A stretch of 64,000 bases of DNA from an uncultured Erysipelotrichaceae bacterium (lineage in GTDB: Bacteria; Bacillota_I; Bacilli_A; RFN20; CAG-826): the NCBI GenBank assembly GCA_902803375.1, contig CADCPN010000027.1:17549-81548 (forward strand), given 5' to 3'. Positions 17,682-28,244 of the stretch are shown in pieces (the stretch's first letter is position 1; each line of letters opens with the position of its first letter). Below the pieces are notes generated by a model. It had not been told where the DNA came from, made no database searches, and saw nothing but the letters and a program-made list of their open reading frames with translations. A program made the position numbers and the translations under genes.

Positions 17682-18875
17682 ATGTACAAAGTCATGGCGG
17701 TCAACGCCGGAAGCAGCTCCCTTAAGTACAAGCTGTTCGAAATGCCGGAAGAGAAGGTCCTCTGCTCTGGCGTCGCCGATAGAATCGGCCACGAAGATGG
17801 CATCTTCGTCATCAAATACGATGGCAAAAAGGTTGAGGAAACCCTCCCCATCCTTGACCATACCCGCGGCGTCGAGCTCGTTCTGCAGGCCCTCACCAAG
17901 TATGGCATCGTGAAGTCCCTCGACGAGATCAAGTGCGTCGGACACCGCGTCGTCCAGGGTGGCAAATATTTCTCCCACTCCGCCGAATTCGACGCCGATA
18001 CCGAAGATAAAATCGACATGCTCACCCCGCTCGACCCGCTTCACGCCCAGGCCCACCTCCTTGGCTATCGCGCCTTCAAGGCCGCTATGCCAAACGTCCC
18101 AGCCATCGCCGTCTTCGACACCGCCTTCCACCAGACCATGGAACCGGAAGACTACCTCTACCCGATCCCGTTCGAGTACACCGAGAAGTATGACGTCCGC
18201 CGCTATGGCGCCCATGGCACCTCCCACAACTATCTAGCCAACAAGGGCGTTAAGGATTATGGCGCCAAGCGCATCATCTCCTGCCACATCGGTTCCGGCT
18301 CCTCCCTCTGCGCCATCGCCGATGGCAAGTGCGTCGCCACCTCCATGGGCCTTACCCCGCTTGGCGGAGTCATGATGGGCACCCGCACCGGCGACATGGA
18401 TCCCTCCGTCATGGATTACCTCGCCACCTGCACCGGCAAAGACGTCCACGAGCTCTATAACATCTTCAACAAGAAGTCTGGCTTCCTCGGCATGACCGGC
18501 ATCTCCAACGATACCCGCGACATCGAAGACGCCGTCCATAAGGGAAATGAGCGCGCCATCGTCGCCTCCAAGGTCTTCGCCCGCCGCATCGCCGACACCA
18601 TCGGCTCCTACTTCGTCCGCCTTGGCGGCGCCGACCTCATCATCTTCTCCGCCGGCATCGGCGAGAATGCCCCTTATTTCCGTAAGCTGATCCTTGACGA
18701 CATCAAGGAAGCCCTTGGCCTAGTCATCGACTACGAAGCCAACGAGAAGGCCCGTGGCATCGAGATGGTCATCTCCAAGCCGGAGAGCAAGATCAAAGTC
18801 GTCGTCATCCCGACCGACGAAGAGGTCATGATCGCCCGTGACTGCTACACGAGGATCGTCAATGGTCGCATCTAA
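17682..18875 (+). CDS. ackA: Acetate kinase
   Basis: MYKVMAVNAGSSSLKYKLF, RYGAHGTSH, IISCHIGSGSS and VIPTDEE are present. The start is set at 17682 after AAGAAGGAAATTAC. Confidence 0.95.
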   Translation: MYKVMAVNAGSSSLKYKLFEMPEEKVLCSGVADRIGHEDGIFVIKYDGKKVEETLPILDHTRGVELVLQALTKYGIVKSLDEIKCVGHRVVQGGKYFSHSAEFDADTEDKIDMLTPLDPLHAQAHLLGYRAFKAAMPNVPAIAVFDTAFHQTMEPEDYLYPIPFEYTEKYDVRRYGAHGTSHNYLANKGVKDYGAKRIISCHIGSGSSLCAIADGKCVATSMGLTPLGGVMMGTRTGDMDPSVMDYLATCTGKDVHELYNIFNKKSGFLGMTGISNDTRDIEDAVHKGNERAIVASKVFARRIADTIGSYFVRLGGADLIIFSAGIGENAPYFRKLILDDIKEALGLVIDYEANEKARGIEMVISKPESKIKVVVIPTDEEVMIARDCYTRIVNGRI

Positions 18876-19887
18876 GCTCCCGATCTCTCCTCTTATCAAG
18901 GAGTATGGTAAGCAGCATTCCAAAGCCTACCACGCCATCTATAGGGCCATAGAAAGGTATGACCGCATCGTCGTCTTCCGCCACATCAAGCCAGATTTCG
19001 ACGCCATGGGCACCCAGATGGGCCTAGTCACCTTCCTGAAAGACAACTTCCCCAACAAGGAAATCCATTTCGTCGGAGACAACCACGTCTCCTTCACCCC
19101 GCGTCTATTCCCGGAGACCGAGAAGCTAGGAAACGACTTCTTCGAAGACCGCAACTTCCTCGCCATCGTCGTCGACGTCGGAGACAAGGATAGAATCGCC
19201 GATCCCCGCTTTGTCAAAGCCAAGTACAAAGTCAAAATCGACCACCACCCCTGCAAAGCCGAGATCGCCAAGACCGCCACGGTCTGCGACCTCGATATGG
19301 CGGCGGCATCGGAGCTAGTCTGCGACTTGCTCCTTAACTGGAAAGGCAAGTTCATCTCCCCGGAAGCGGCCAGATACTTCTATATCGGCCTGGTCGGAGA
19401 TAGCGGACGCTTCCTCTTCTCCTCCACCTCCCCGCATACCTTCGCGGTTGCCCAGGCCCTTCTCGATACCGGCTTCGATATGAGGAAGACCTACCTCGAT
19501 ATGTACGAGAAAAGCATCGATAGCCTCCGTTCCCTCGCCTATGTCCTCTCTAACTTCAAAGTCAGCGAGCATGGCGTTGCCTATTACACCCTCCCCGCCT
19601 CTGTGCAGACTCAGCTTCACATCACCCCGGAGCTAGGCAAAGAGCACGTCAACACCTTCTCCAATATCGAGGGCATCAATGCCTGGTGCTCCATCACCGA
19701 AGATCCTAACCCGAAAGACTACTGCTGGAGAATCTCCATTCGCAGCAAAGAGGTCAATATCTCCGGCGTCGCCAATAAGTGGGGCGGAGGCGGACACGAT
19801 CTCGCCTCTGGCGCTAGAATCGACAGAATCGAAGACCTCGACGCCTTCATCGCCGATCTTGACGCCTTGTTTGTCCCCGCTCAATAA
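18862..19887 (+). CDS. nrnA: DHH/DHHA1 phosphoesterase (NrnA-like oligoribonuclease/pAp phosphatase)
   Basis: DHH motif (KIDHHPC) and DHHA1 GGGGH motif. The start is uncertain (18838 or 18862) and overlaps the ackA end. Confidence 0.8.
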   Translation: MVASKLPISPLIKEYGKQHSKAYHAIYRAIERYDRIVVFRHIKPDFDAMGTQMGLVTFLKDNFPNKEIHFVGDNHVSFTPRLFPETEKLGNDFFEDRNFLAIVVDVGDKDRIADPRFVKAKYKVKIDHHPCKAEIAKTATVCDLDMAAASELVCDLLLNWKGKFISPEAARYFYIGLVGDSGRFLFSSTSPHTFAVAQALLDTGFDMRKTYLDMYEKSIDSLRSLAYVLSNFKVSEHGVAYYTLPASVQTQLHITPELGKEHVNTFSNIEGINAWCSITEDPNPKDYCWRISIRSKEVNISGVANKWGGGGHDLASGARIDRIEDLDAFIADLDALFVPAQ

Positions 19888-19896
19888 GACCCTTAA

Positions 19897-19930
19897 CCGA
19901 CTCTTACGGAAACAAGAGCCGGTTTTCTTT
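19897..19930 (+). terminator. Intrinsic terminator after nrnA
   Basis: CCGACTCTT-loop-AAGAGCCGG (one mismatch) followed by TTTTCTTTT. Confidence 0.65.
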
Positions 19931-20032
19931 TGCTTATCCTCTCTTTTTCAGTTGTTTACAATTTGTAAAGTACTGAAAAATCAGTGGGCTTCCTAGACCC
20001 TACCAAAGCTTAGCTTTGCTATAATTACCTAG

Positions 20033-23000
20033 ATGCAGTTCATTCCCCTTCACGTCTATACCGGTTATAGCTTCCTCAAAAGCGGCCTTTCCCTTGGGAA
20101 GCTTTTGGGCTTGAACAAGAAAGAGGGCTTATCCTTCTCCGCAATCAGCGACTTCCAGTCCATGTCTGGCTTCCCAGACCTATGCTCGCTTTCTTCTTCC
20201 ATCTCCGCCAAACCCGTCTATGGCTATGACATAGAGGTCGAAGGCAATCTATATTCGCTATACGTCCTTAGCGAAGAAGGCTATAAGAACCTCATGGCCA
20301 TCGACTTGAAATCCAGCGAGGGCGAGGTCTCCTTATCGTTTCTAAAAGAACACCAAGAAGGCTTGGCGGTCGTACTCTCCTCCGAGAACTCCCGCCTTCA
20401 TTTCCTCTACCTCGAGCGCCAAAGCGAGATTCCTAATTACCTTATTAGTCTCAATAAAGGCATTGAAAGGTTCTATATCGGCATCCCTTATCTTCCTAAC
20501 GAGATGCTTTTCGTGAATTACCTCCGCGACTTCCTTTCCTCTCACCCTTATGACTTCCTTGCCTTCCCTCATGTTAGGTATGCAAGGAAAGAGGATGCGA
20601 TCGCCCTAGAAATCGTGGAGGCGATCGCCAATAATGAGACGTTAGACCATAAGTCCAAGTCGGGCGATAACTTCTACCTCACCCAGGAAGAGGCCAAAGC
20701 CTACTACAAGGAAGAGGAAATCAAAGGCAGCTACCGCTTAGCCGAGCTTGCCTCAAGCTTTGTTTTCCTTCAAAAACGCGGTGGCTTATTGAAGTTCCCT
20801 TGCCCAGATGGCTCAACGAGCGAAGAATATCTCCGCCGCCTTGCCCTAGAAGGGCTAAACAAAAAGAATCCAGGCGCTGGCAAAGAATACCTAGACCGCC
20901 TTGATTATGAGCTTAGCGTCATCAATAAGATGGGCTACGCCGATTATTTCCTTATCGTCAGCGACTATGTCCATTACGCCTTAGATCATGGCATATCCGT
21001 CGGCCCAGGTCGCGGATCCGGGGCTGGGTCGCTCGTCTCCTATTGCCTTGATATCGTCACCCCCGACCCCCTTAAATACGATTTGCTGTTCGAGAGGTTC
21101 CTTAACCCCGAAAGGCAATCCATGCCTGATATCGACGTCGACTTCGCCGATATCCGCCGCGATGAGATCGCAACCTATCTGCAAAAGAAATACGGCAAGG
21201 AGAGGGTCAGCCACATCGTCACGATGCAGACTTTCGGCGCAAAAGCCGCGCTCCGCGACATCGGCAGGGTCTTCGAATATGAGCCCCGTGAGATCGATTT
21301 GATCGCCAAGCTTATCATAGACAACACAACCTTTGCCTGGAACTACCGCAACAACGGGAAATTCAGGCAATTGCTTGATTCGGATAAATATTATCTGCAG
21401 ATCGTTTCGCTCTCCGCTAAGGTGGAAGGCCTTCCCCGCCAGCCTGGCATCCACGCCGCGGGCGTCCTCCTTAACGATGCGCCGCTACAGACCGCCGTCC
21501 CCGTCCATAACGACCCCTCTTGGGGATATATCGCCGAATACGAGATGAACCACCTTGAGGAGCAGGGCTTCTTGAAGATGGACCTTTTGGGTTTGCGCAA
21601 CCTCACGATTATCGATAGATGCCTCGCCTTGATTAAGCGCGATACCGGCAAAGACATCTATTACCGTACTATCCCCTACGAAGAGAAAGAGCCGATTGGC
21701 TTAATTTGCCTAGGCAAGACCATGGGCCTATTCCAGCTAGAATCCCCAGGCATGAATAGGGCGATCCGCGAGGTGCAGCCCTCCTCCTTTGAGGACATCG
21801 TGGCAATCTTGGCCTTGTTTCGCCCAGGGCCGATGAAATATATCTCTACCTTTGCCGCTAGAAAGAAAGGCTTAGAGAAGGTCAGCTACCCCTGTAAGGA
21901 GCTTGAGCCGATCCTAAAGTCCACCTACGGCATCATCGTCTATCAGGAGCAGATCATGGCCATCGTCCGCGTAATGGCGGGATTTAGCTATGGCCAGGCT
22001 GACTTATTTAGAAGAGCAATCTCCAAGAAGAACGCCGAGAAGCTTGCCTCCTTGGAGAAAGACTTCGTCAGCGGCTGCCTCAAAAACGGCCATAGCGAAG
22101 CCATCGCAAAGCAAGTCTACTCCCTTATTTACCGCTTCGCGGAATATGGCTTCAACAAGTCTCACGCCCTCTCTTACGCAGTCATCACCTGCCAGATGGC
22201 ATGGCTAAAATACCATTATCCCCTCGAGTTCTATTGCGCGACCATGGATAACACCTCTAGCGGAGATACTAAGTTCTCGAGTCTAGTGAGCGAGATAAAG
22301 CGCAGCGGCTACTGTTTCTCCCTCCCTGACGTCAACCGCTCTGGCTTGCTCTTCCTTCCCCTGGATGGCAAGATCAACTTTCCGCTGCTATCGATCAAGG
22401 GAATCGGCTCCGCCTTCGTGAGGGACTTAATCGATGAGCGAAGCCATAAGCCCTTTATAGACATCTTCGACTTCGCTTTGCGCATGAAGAGGTTCCGCCT
22501 TAACCTAGCCACCTTGGTGAAGCTAGTCGATGCTGGCGCCTTTGATTCCATTAACCCTAACCGCGAATCGCTGCGGTTAGGAGCCTCGGATGCTATGACT
22601 TATGCCGAGATGCTAGCAGGGGAATCCGGGCAAGAGGTCCTGCTTGGGCTAAATTTCCCAAAGCCTGCCTTAAAAGACATCAAAGGCAACCGCATGGATG
22701 ACCTCCTCGCCGAAAAGGATACCGTCGGCATGATGGTCAGCGGGTCGCCATTATTCGCGAAAGAGGATGTCATCGCCAAAAACGGATACATGTCCTTAAG
22801 CGAATTGCTGGAAAAGGGCTATGGCAAAGCCGCGGCGATCATCGCCTCCGTACATGCGATTGCCACCAAATCCGGCAAAAAAATGGCCTTCATCACCCTC
22901 TATGACGATACCAGCGAGCAAGACTTCGTGATGTTCGCGGATAGCTACTCCCGCGACTATCCTTCCCTAAAGGAAGGCAACCTCGTCGTGGTGGATGCCA

Positions 23001-23056
23001 AAAAAGACAATAGGAGAGAGGATAGCTATATTGCTGACTCCATCTCCTTGCTATAG
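20033..23056 (+). CDS. dnaE: DNA polymerase III alpha subunit, DnaE type (short, 1007 aa)
   Basis: N-terminal PHP domain (FIPLHVYTGYSFL), then PDIDVDF, GLLKMDLLGLRNLT, FNKSHALSYA. Confidence 0.95.
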   Translation: MQFIPLHVYTGYSFLKSGLSLGKLLGLNKKEGLSFSAISDFQSMSGFPDLCSLSSSISAKPVYGYDIEVEGNLYSLYVLSEEGYKNLMAIDLKSSEGEVSLSFLKEHQEGLAVVLSSENSRLHFLYLERQSEIPNYLISLNKGIERFYIGIPYLPNEMLFVNYLRDFLSSHPYDFLAFPHVRYARKEDAIALEIVEAIANNETLDHKSKSGDNFYLTQEEAKAYYKEEEIKGSYRLAELASSFVFLQKRGGLLKFPCPDGSTSEEYLRRLALEGLNKKNPGAGKEYLDRLDYELSVINKMGYADYFLIVSDYVHYALDHGISVGPGRGSGAGSLVSYCLDIVTPDPLKYDLLFERFLNPERQSMPDIDVDFADIRRDEIATYLQKKYGKERVSHIVTMQTFGAKAALRDIGRVFEYEPREIDLIAKLIIDNTTFAWNYRNNGKFRQLLDSDKYYLQIVSLSAKVEGLPRQPGIHAAGVLLNDAPLQTAVPVHNDPSWGYIAEYEMNHLEEQGFLKMDLLGLRNLTIIDRCLALIKRDTGKDIYYRTIPYEEKEPIGLICLGKTMGLFQLESPGMNRAIREVQPSSFEDIVAILALFRPGPMKYISTFAARKKGLEKVSYPCKELEPILKSTYGIIVYQEQIMAIVRVMAGFSYGQADLFRRAISKKNAEKLASLEKDFVSGCLKNGHSEAIAKQVYSLIYRFAEYGFNKSHALSYAVITCQMAWLKYHYPLEFYCATMDNTSSGDTKFSSLVSEIKRSGYCFSLPDVNRSGLLFLPLDGKINFPLLSIKGIGSAFVRDLIDERSHKPFIDIFDFALRMKRFRLNLATLVKLVDAGAFDSINPNRESLRLGASDAMTYAEMLAGESGQEVLLGLNFPKPALKDIKGNRMDDLLAEKDTVGMMVSGSPLFAKEDVIAKNGYMSLSELLEKGYGKAAAIIASVHAIATKSGKKMAFITLYDDTSEQDFVMFADSYSRDYPSLKEGNLVVVDAKKDNRREDSYIADSISLL

Positions 23057-23079
23057 GAAAGAAGGGAACACCTTATAAT

Positions 23080-25713
23080 ATGGAAAACAAAAAGAAACTA
23101 ATCGTAATCGACGGCAATAGCCTTCTTTTCCGTGCGTATTTCGCGACGGCCTTCGGCGGTCCGCAGTCGATCATGAGGAGCAGCGACGGCACTCCTACCA
23201 ACGCCATCTTCGCCTTCTCCAACATGATCACCAAGATAATCTCCTCCTTCACAGGCGGCGAATCTTTGTTCGTTGGCTTCGACGCGGATAGCCATACCTT
23301 CCGCAAAGCGGAGTTTGATGCCTATAAGGCCAATCGCGCTCCTTGCCCAGAAGAATTGAAGCCGCAGTTCCCGATGTCTAGGGAATTCCTCGACGCCATG
23401 GGAATCCTCCATTACGAAGAATCCGGCATCGAAGCCGATGACATCTGCGGCACCGTCGCAAAGCTAGGCAGCGCCGCCGGCTATGAAGTCACAATTTACA
23501 CCAGCGATAAAGATTACCTCCAGCTCGTTGACGACAATATCACCGTTAAGCTCACCAAGAAGGGGCTTAGCGTCCTTCAGGATGTCACTCCGCTAAGCAT
23601 GCCAATTGATTTTGGCTTCTCTCCGAAGCAAATCATCGACTTCAAAGGGCTCCGCGGCGACTCTAGCGATAACCTTCCCGGCATCCCTGGCATCGGCGAT
23701 AAGACCGCGGTCAAGCTTATCAACGAATATGGCTCTTTTGAGCAGATCGTCGCCGCGGCAAAAGATGGCCGCATCAAAGGAAAAGTCGGCCAGAATATCA
23801 TCGACAACGAGGAGCTAGGCAGGACCTGCTATCGCCTAGCCACCATCATGATCGATGCCAAATTGCCTTTTGGGCTGCAAGATACCCTATATAAGGGCTA
23901 TGACTTCGCCTCTATCAGCGAATTCGCGAAGAAATATGAGCTAAAGCAATTCATTCAGCGCCTTCCGCCCAACCTAAAAAAAGGCGGGGATGGACCTAGA
24001 CGCCCCGCGCTAAAGAAAGTCACTAGCCTTGCAGGCATCGCCTTCGCCTCCAAGGTCGGTTTGGCCGTAGACGTCGATGAAGCTACCTACCATGATGTCG
24101 CCCCAAGTGGCTTAGCCGTTGCCGATCAAAACGGCATCTACTACATCGATATCGAGTCGGCGAAGAAAGATGAGGCAACCAAGAGGCTGCTTGCAGATCC
24201 CAATATCAAAAAAGACGTCTATGACGCGAAGCTTTGCCTCCTCTCCCTTGCTGGAGAAGGGCTAAAGCTAGAGGGCATTTCCTTCGATTTGGTGCTTGCC
24301 GCCTATATCCTTGATTCCTCTCTCACCGCCTCTGCCCGCGTCATCTTCTCCTCTTTCGGCGTCGATGTGGCCCCAAGCAAGGAAGTGGTCGAAGACCTAG
24401 GTTTGTTCTCAGAAGGCGAGATAGAGCTAACCGGCAATATCGCCTACTATTCTCTTGCCCTAGAGGAAAAGGCCATGTCCTCGTTGAAAGAGATAGCGGC
24501 CGAGAAGCTTTATAGCGAGATCGAATTCCCACTTGCCTTCGTGCTTGCCAAGATGGAAAAGGAAGGCTTCCCCCTCAATAGAGGAGAGCTAGAGAAAATC
24601 GGCGAGACCTTCAAGGCTAAGCGAGACCAAGCCCAGGCCAAGGTCTATGAATTAGCCGGCCACCCCTTCAATATCGCCTCGCCAAAGCAAGTCGCCACCG
24701 TCTTATACGAAGAGCTGAAGCTAGGGGGCGGCAAAGACAAAGGCACCTCCGTCGATGTCTTAAAAGAGCTAGAGAAGGAAAACCCGATCGTCACCTATAT
24801 CCTAAGTTTCCGTAAGTACGCGAAGCTTTGCGGCACCTATATCGATGGATTGATCCCGCACATCAAAAGCGATGGCAAGATCCACACGATCTTCAATCAG
24901 GCTCAGACCACCACGGGCAGGCTTAGCTCCTCCAACCCGAATCTGCAGAATATCAGCGCTCGGGATGAAGATGCCAAAGAGATCAGGAAAGCCTTCCATT
25001 ACGAAGACGGCGACACCAAGATCCTCTCTCTCGACTATAGCCAAATCGAGCTGCGCGTCTTGGCTTCTTTGTCTAACTGCCAGTCCTATATCGATGTCTT
25101 CAACAACGGCCATGACGTCCATAGCGAGACCGCGAGGAAGATCTTCAATATCGCGCCTAACGAAGAGGTCCCCCCACTTCTTAGAAGAAGAGCCAAGGCC
25201 GTTAACTTCGCGATCATCTACGGCACCAGCCCTTTCGGCTTAGCCGAGCAGATCGATGGCACCCCATATGAAGCCAGCGCCATCATCCGCAACTTCTATT
25301 CCGCCTATCCTGAGATCGGCGAATACCTCCAATCCATCACCGATACGGTCACGCGCCAAGGCTATGTCACCACTTTGTTCGGCAGAAGGCGTTACCTGCA
25401 CGAGATCAATGACCCCGTGTATGCAAAAAGGGAAGCGGCAAGGCGCGCCGCCCTCAATGCCCCTGTCCAAGGCACCGCCGCCGACCTAATCAAGGTCGCG
25501 ATGCTAAAAGTCGATGAGTTCCTCTCCAAGGGCAACTACAAGACCAAGATGGTTCTTCAGATCCACGACGAGCTTCTCTTCGCCGTCCCTTCCTCTGAGG
25601 TCGAGGTTATGCTGCCTAAGCTAAAAGAAATCATGGAGAATGCGATCTCCTTGAAGGTAAAGCTATCCGCCGAAGGCGCCTATGGCGATACCTGGTATAA
25701 CGCAAAAGACTAA
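23080..25713 (+). CDS. polA: DNA polymerase I
   Basis: 5'-nuclease domain (LIVIDGNSLLFRAYFA, GIPGIGDKTA). Pol motifs A/B/C are present (LSLDYSQIELRVLA, RRRAKAVNFAIIYG, QIHDELLF). Confidence 0.97.
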   Translation: MENKKKLIVIDGNSLLFRAYFATAFGGPQSIMRSSDGTPTNAIFAFSNMITKIISSFTGGESLFVGFDADSHTFRKAEFDAYKANRAPCPEELKPQFPMSREFLDAMGILHYEESGIEADDICGTVAKLGSAAGYEVTIYTSDKDYLQLVDDNITVKLTKKGLSVLQDVTPLSMPIDFGFSPKQIIDFKGLRGDSSDNLPGIPGIGDKTAVKLINEYGSFEQIVAAAKDGRIKGKVGQNIIDNEELGRTCYRLATIMIDAKLPFGLQDTLYKGYDFASISEFAKKYELKQFIQRLPPNLKKGGDGPRRPALKKVTSLAGIAFASKVGLAVDVDEATYHDVAPSGLAVADQNGIYYIDIESAKKDEATKRLLADPNIKKDVYDAKLCLLSLAGEGLKLEGISFDLVLAAYILDSSLTASARVIFSSFGVDVAPSKEVVEDLGLFSEGEIELTGNIAYYSLALEEKAMSSLKEIAAEKLYSEIEFPLAFVLAKMEKEGFPLNRGELEKIGETFKAKRDQAQAKVYELAGHPFNIASPKQVATVLYEELKLGGGKDKGTSVDVLKELEKENPIVTYILSFRKYAKLCGTYIDGLIPHIKSDGKIHTIFNQAQTTTGRLSSSNPNLQNISARDEDAKEIRKAFHYEDGDTKILSLDYSQIELRVLASLSNCQSYIDVFNNGHDVHSETARKIFNIAPNEEVPPLLRRRAKAVNFAIIYGTSPFGLAEQIDGTPYEASAIIRNFYSAYPEIGEYLQSITDTVTRQGYVTTLFGRRRYLHEINDPVYAKREAARRAALNAPVQGTAADLIKVAMLKVDEFLSKGNYKTKMVLQIHDELLFAVPSSEVEVMLPKLKEIMENAISLKVKLSAEGAYGDTWYNAKD

Positions 25714-25728
25714 AAAAAGGAAACGCCC

Positions 25729-27117
25729 ATGCCCGAACTTGCTGAAGTTGAAACCGTTAGGAAAGCCCTGGAAGAAGAGGCCCTAGGCAAGCGCATCGTC
25801 TCGATCGATGTCCTTCGGAAGAAGAACATCCTCACCGGAGCCGAGAAGCTTTGCCTTGGCTTAGTGGGCGCGACTTTCATGAAGTTTGACCGCCTAGGCA
25901 AGCACCTTATCTTCCATTTCTCCAATGGCAGGGTGCTGCTTTGCCACTTGCGCATGGAAGGGAAATACTTCCTTGACCGCGTTGGCGACCCTTACCGCAA
26001 GCAGGACCTAGTCGGCTTCAATTTCCAAGATGGCAGTCGCCTTACCTATAACGACGTACGGAAATTCGGCACCTTCGAGCTATATTCTGAGGATGACTAT
26101 TTCCAGAAGTCCTCTCTTTCTAAGCTAGGCAAAGAGCCCTTCGCCCTTACTAAGGAAGAGCTTTATGGCAAGCTGCAAAGAAGCTCCCGCCCCATCAAGG
26201 AGGCGATCATGGACCAGACCATCATCGCTGGCTTGGGCAACATCTACGCCGATGAGGTGCTTTTCGCCGCAAGAATCAATCCTAGAACCCCCGCCAAGGA
26301 AATTAGCCTAGAACAAGCCGATTCTATACTCAAGGAATCGGTGCGGATCCTCTATCAAGCCATTGCCTTAGGCGGCTCCACCATCAAGTCCTATCACCCC
26401 AAAGAAGGCGTGAGTGGCATGATGCAGAATCGCCTCCATGCCTATGGCAGGAAAAATAGGGATTGCGAGCGTTGCGGCACCCCCATGCATACGATCTTCA
26501 TCAATGGCCGCAGCTCCACCTACTGCCCTAAATGCCAAAAGCAAGTAGGGCGTCCTTTCGTTATCGCCGTCTGCGGGCCAATCCATTCTGGCAAATCCAC
26601 GGTCGCAAAATACCTCGAATCAAAAGGCTATCCCCGCTTCGATGCCGACGCTGCCGTCAAGACGCTCTACGAGGAGAAAGCCGTCCGTAAGCAGATGAAG
26701 CTTACTCTCGGCAACAAGGCAGTCTACAAAGGAGCCATCAACGTCCCCTATATCTCTAAGCAGCTTTCCGATAAGAAAAAGAAGGCAGAATGGCTAGGGT
26801 ATCTCTATCCGCTAGTCAAAGAAAAAGCCGAGGAATTCATCCTCTCCCACAAAGAGGAAGAGCACGTCGTCTTAGAGGTTCCTCTCCTTTATGGCTCTGG
26901 GCTAGAGATCTTGACCGATATGGTCATCCTCGTGGATGCCTCTGCCTCTATTCGCGAAAATAGAATCAAAGAGGAAGGCAAAGACGCGGAACGTCAGATG
27001 AAGCTCAATAAGGGCTACCCGCTTGCCTACGCGAAGGCAAATGCCACCTACTTTCTCCGTAACGATGGCGACCTGAAGACACTAAAAAGCCGCATCGACG
27101 AGCTCCCGCTTCTTTAA
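25729..27117 (+). CDS. mutM: Fusion protein: formamidopyrimidine-DNA glycosylase (Fpg/MutM) plus dephospho-CoA kinase (CoaE)
   Basis: The N-terminus has PELAEVETV and a zinc finger CERCG..CPKCQ. It continues without a stop into VIAVCGPIHSGKSTV (P-loop), FDADAAV, LEVPLLYGSG and DMVILVDAS, typical of CoaE. Confidence 0.9.
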   Translation: MPELAEVETVRKALEEEALGKRIVSIDVLRKKNILTGAEKLCLGLVGATFMKFDRLGKHLIFHFSNGRVLLCHLRMEGKYFLDRVGDPYRKQDLVGFNFQDGSRLTYNDVRKFGTFELYSEDDYFQKSSLSKLGKEPFALTKEELYGKLQRSSRPIKEAIMDQTIIAGLGNIYADEVLFAARINPRTPAKEISLEQADSILKESVRILYQAIALGGSTIKSYHPKEGVSGMMQNRLHAYGRKNRDCERCGTPMHTIFINGRSSTYCPKCQKQVGRPFVIAVCGPIHSGKSTVAKYLESKGYPRFDADAAVKTLYEEKAVRKQMKLTLGNKAVYKGAINVPYISKQLSDKKKKAEWLGYLYPLVKEKAEEFILSHKEEEHVVLEVPLLYGSGLEILTDMVILVDASASIRENRIKEEGKDAERQMKLNKGYPLAYAKANATYFLRNDGDLKTLKSRIDELPLL

Positions 27118-27319
27118 GGAAGAGGCCTTGATCGCCATCAATAAAAGTTTCTTGAAACGCCGCTTCTAAAGGATGCCAGTAAGGATGGCATTGCTAGTTT
27201 TGCCCGGCGATGAAGGCGATTTTATACATAGGAATTCCTGCCGCCGCGATGGTCTATCTTAGTTGCCGCAAGAATGAAAAAGCCCGGTTTCCAATAGAAA
27301 AAGGGCAGGCGTGTATGCA

Positions 27320-28219
27320 TTAATAGAGTTCAAGGCCAGAGACATCGATCTCGCCTTGCGTCCTATCCTTCAAGAATTTCTTGAACTGGCGTAGCTTTAT
27401 GCCCGATATCTTCTCGCCATACATCTTCGCGACTTCATCGATGGAATAGTCGCTAGAGAAACAGGTGAGCAGCCCTGCTTTTGCTCTAGCAAGAAGGATC
27501 GGAAAGAGGATGGAAGAGAAGGTGTAATCGCTGACGAACTCGTCGCCGAAGTCGTCAAGGATCAATAAGGGGCACCTCTCTAGCCCAGACATCTTCTTAT
27601 CGAAGAGCTCTTTGGCATCGTATTGTTTAGAGAAGGATAGCGATTTCAATTCCTCGATGAGGTTTCCCGTGACGCAATAGGCGATCGGCGCCGCCTTTAG
27701 GGAATAGGTGTTAGCAAAGCATGCAAGAATGAAGGACTTGCCGCTTCTAGCTTTGGCGGTTAGATAAATCCATCTATTCGACTTCCCTTTTACGATTTTC
27801 GTAAATTCTACAATCGCAGCGTTTCTCTTTGCGGATTTGTCAATGGAACGGAGATTTTTATCCTGCCAATCATCCGGGAAATCATGGTAGATGAACTTGC
27901 TGACGTAGTCTTGCCTTTGCTTTAGAAGCGGGCAAGCCTCGACTTGGCGCTTGACTTCATAGCCATCGAAGGCAAGCTTCAGGCAATAATGGGGCTGGGC
28001 TTTGTCGCAGCTATCGAATCCCGGGCAATGGTCGCAATAATGGAGGTCATCCTGGTAGTCGATTAAGACGGCGAGATTCTCCTTCACTTGGAGTTTCGAA
28101 AGGCCGAGGCCTTTGATGGCCTCGTAGACTTTCGCGTCTTCCTTTAATCCTTCTAGAGCCTGCTCTTGAAGGGAGGAGACGTTTCCAATGTCGATGTGGG
28201 GGATCTTCGCTTTTTCCAT
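27320..28219 (-). CDS. dnaI: Primosomal helicase loader DnaI
   Basis: N-terminal Cys/His cluster (CDHCPGFDSCD..HYC), an AAA+ Walker A-like ARSGKS, and Walker B LLILDDFG. It lies immediately downstream of dnaB, as in Bacillus. Confidence 0.8.
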   Translation of the reverse strand: MEKAKIPHIDIGNVSSLQEQALEGLKEDAKVYEAIKGLGLSKLQVKENLAVLIDYQDDLHYCDHCPGFDSCDKAQPHYCLKLAFDGYEVKRQVEACPLLKQRQDYVSKFIYHDFPDDWQDKNLRSIDKSAKRNAAIVEFTKIVKGKSNRWIYLTAKARSGKSFILACFANTYSLKAAPIAYCVTGNLIEELKSLSFSKQYDAKELFDKKMSGLERCPLLILDDFGDEFVSDYTFSSILFPILLARAKAGLLTCFSSDYSIDEVAKMYGEKISGIKLRQFKKFLKDRTQGEIDVSGLELY

Positions 28220-28244
28220 AGATTAGAATGATTATAACGTTAAT

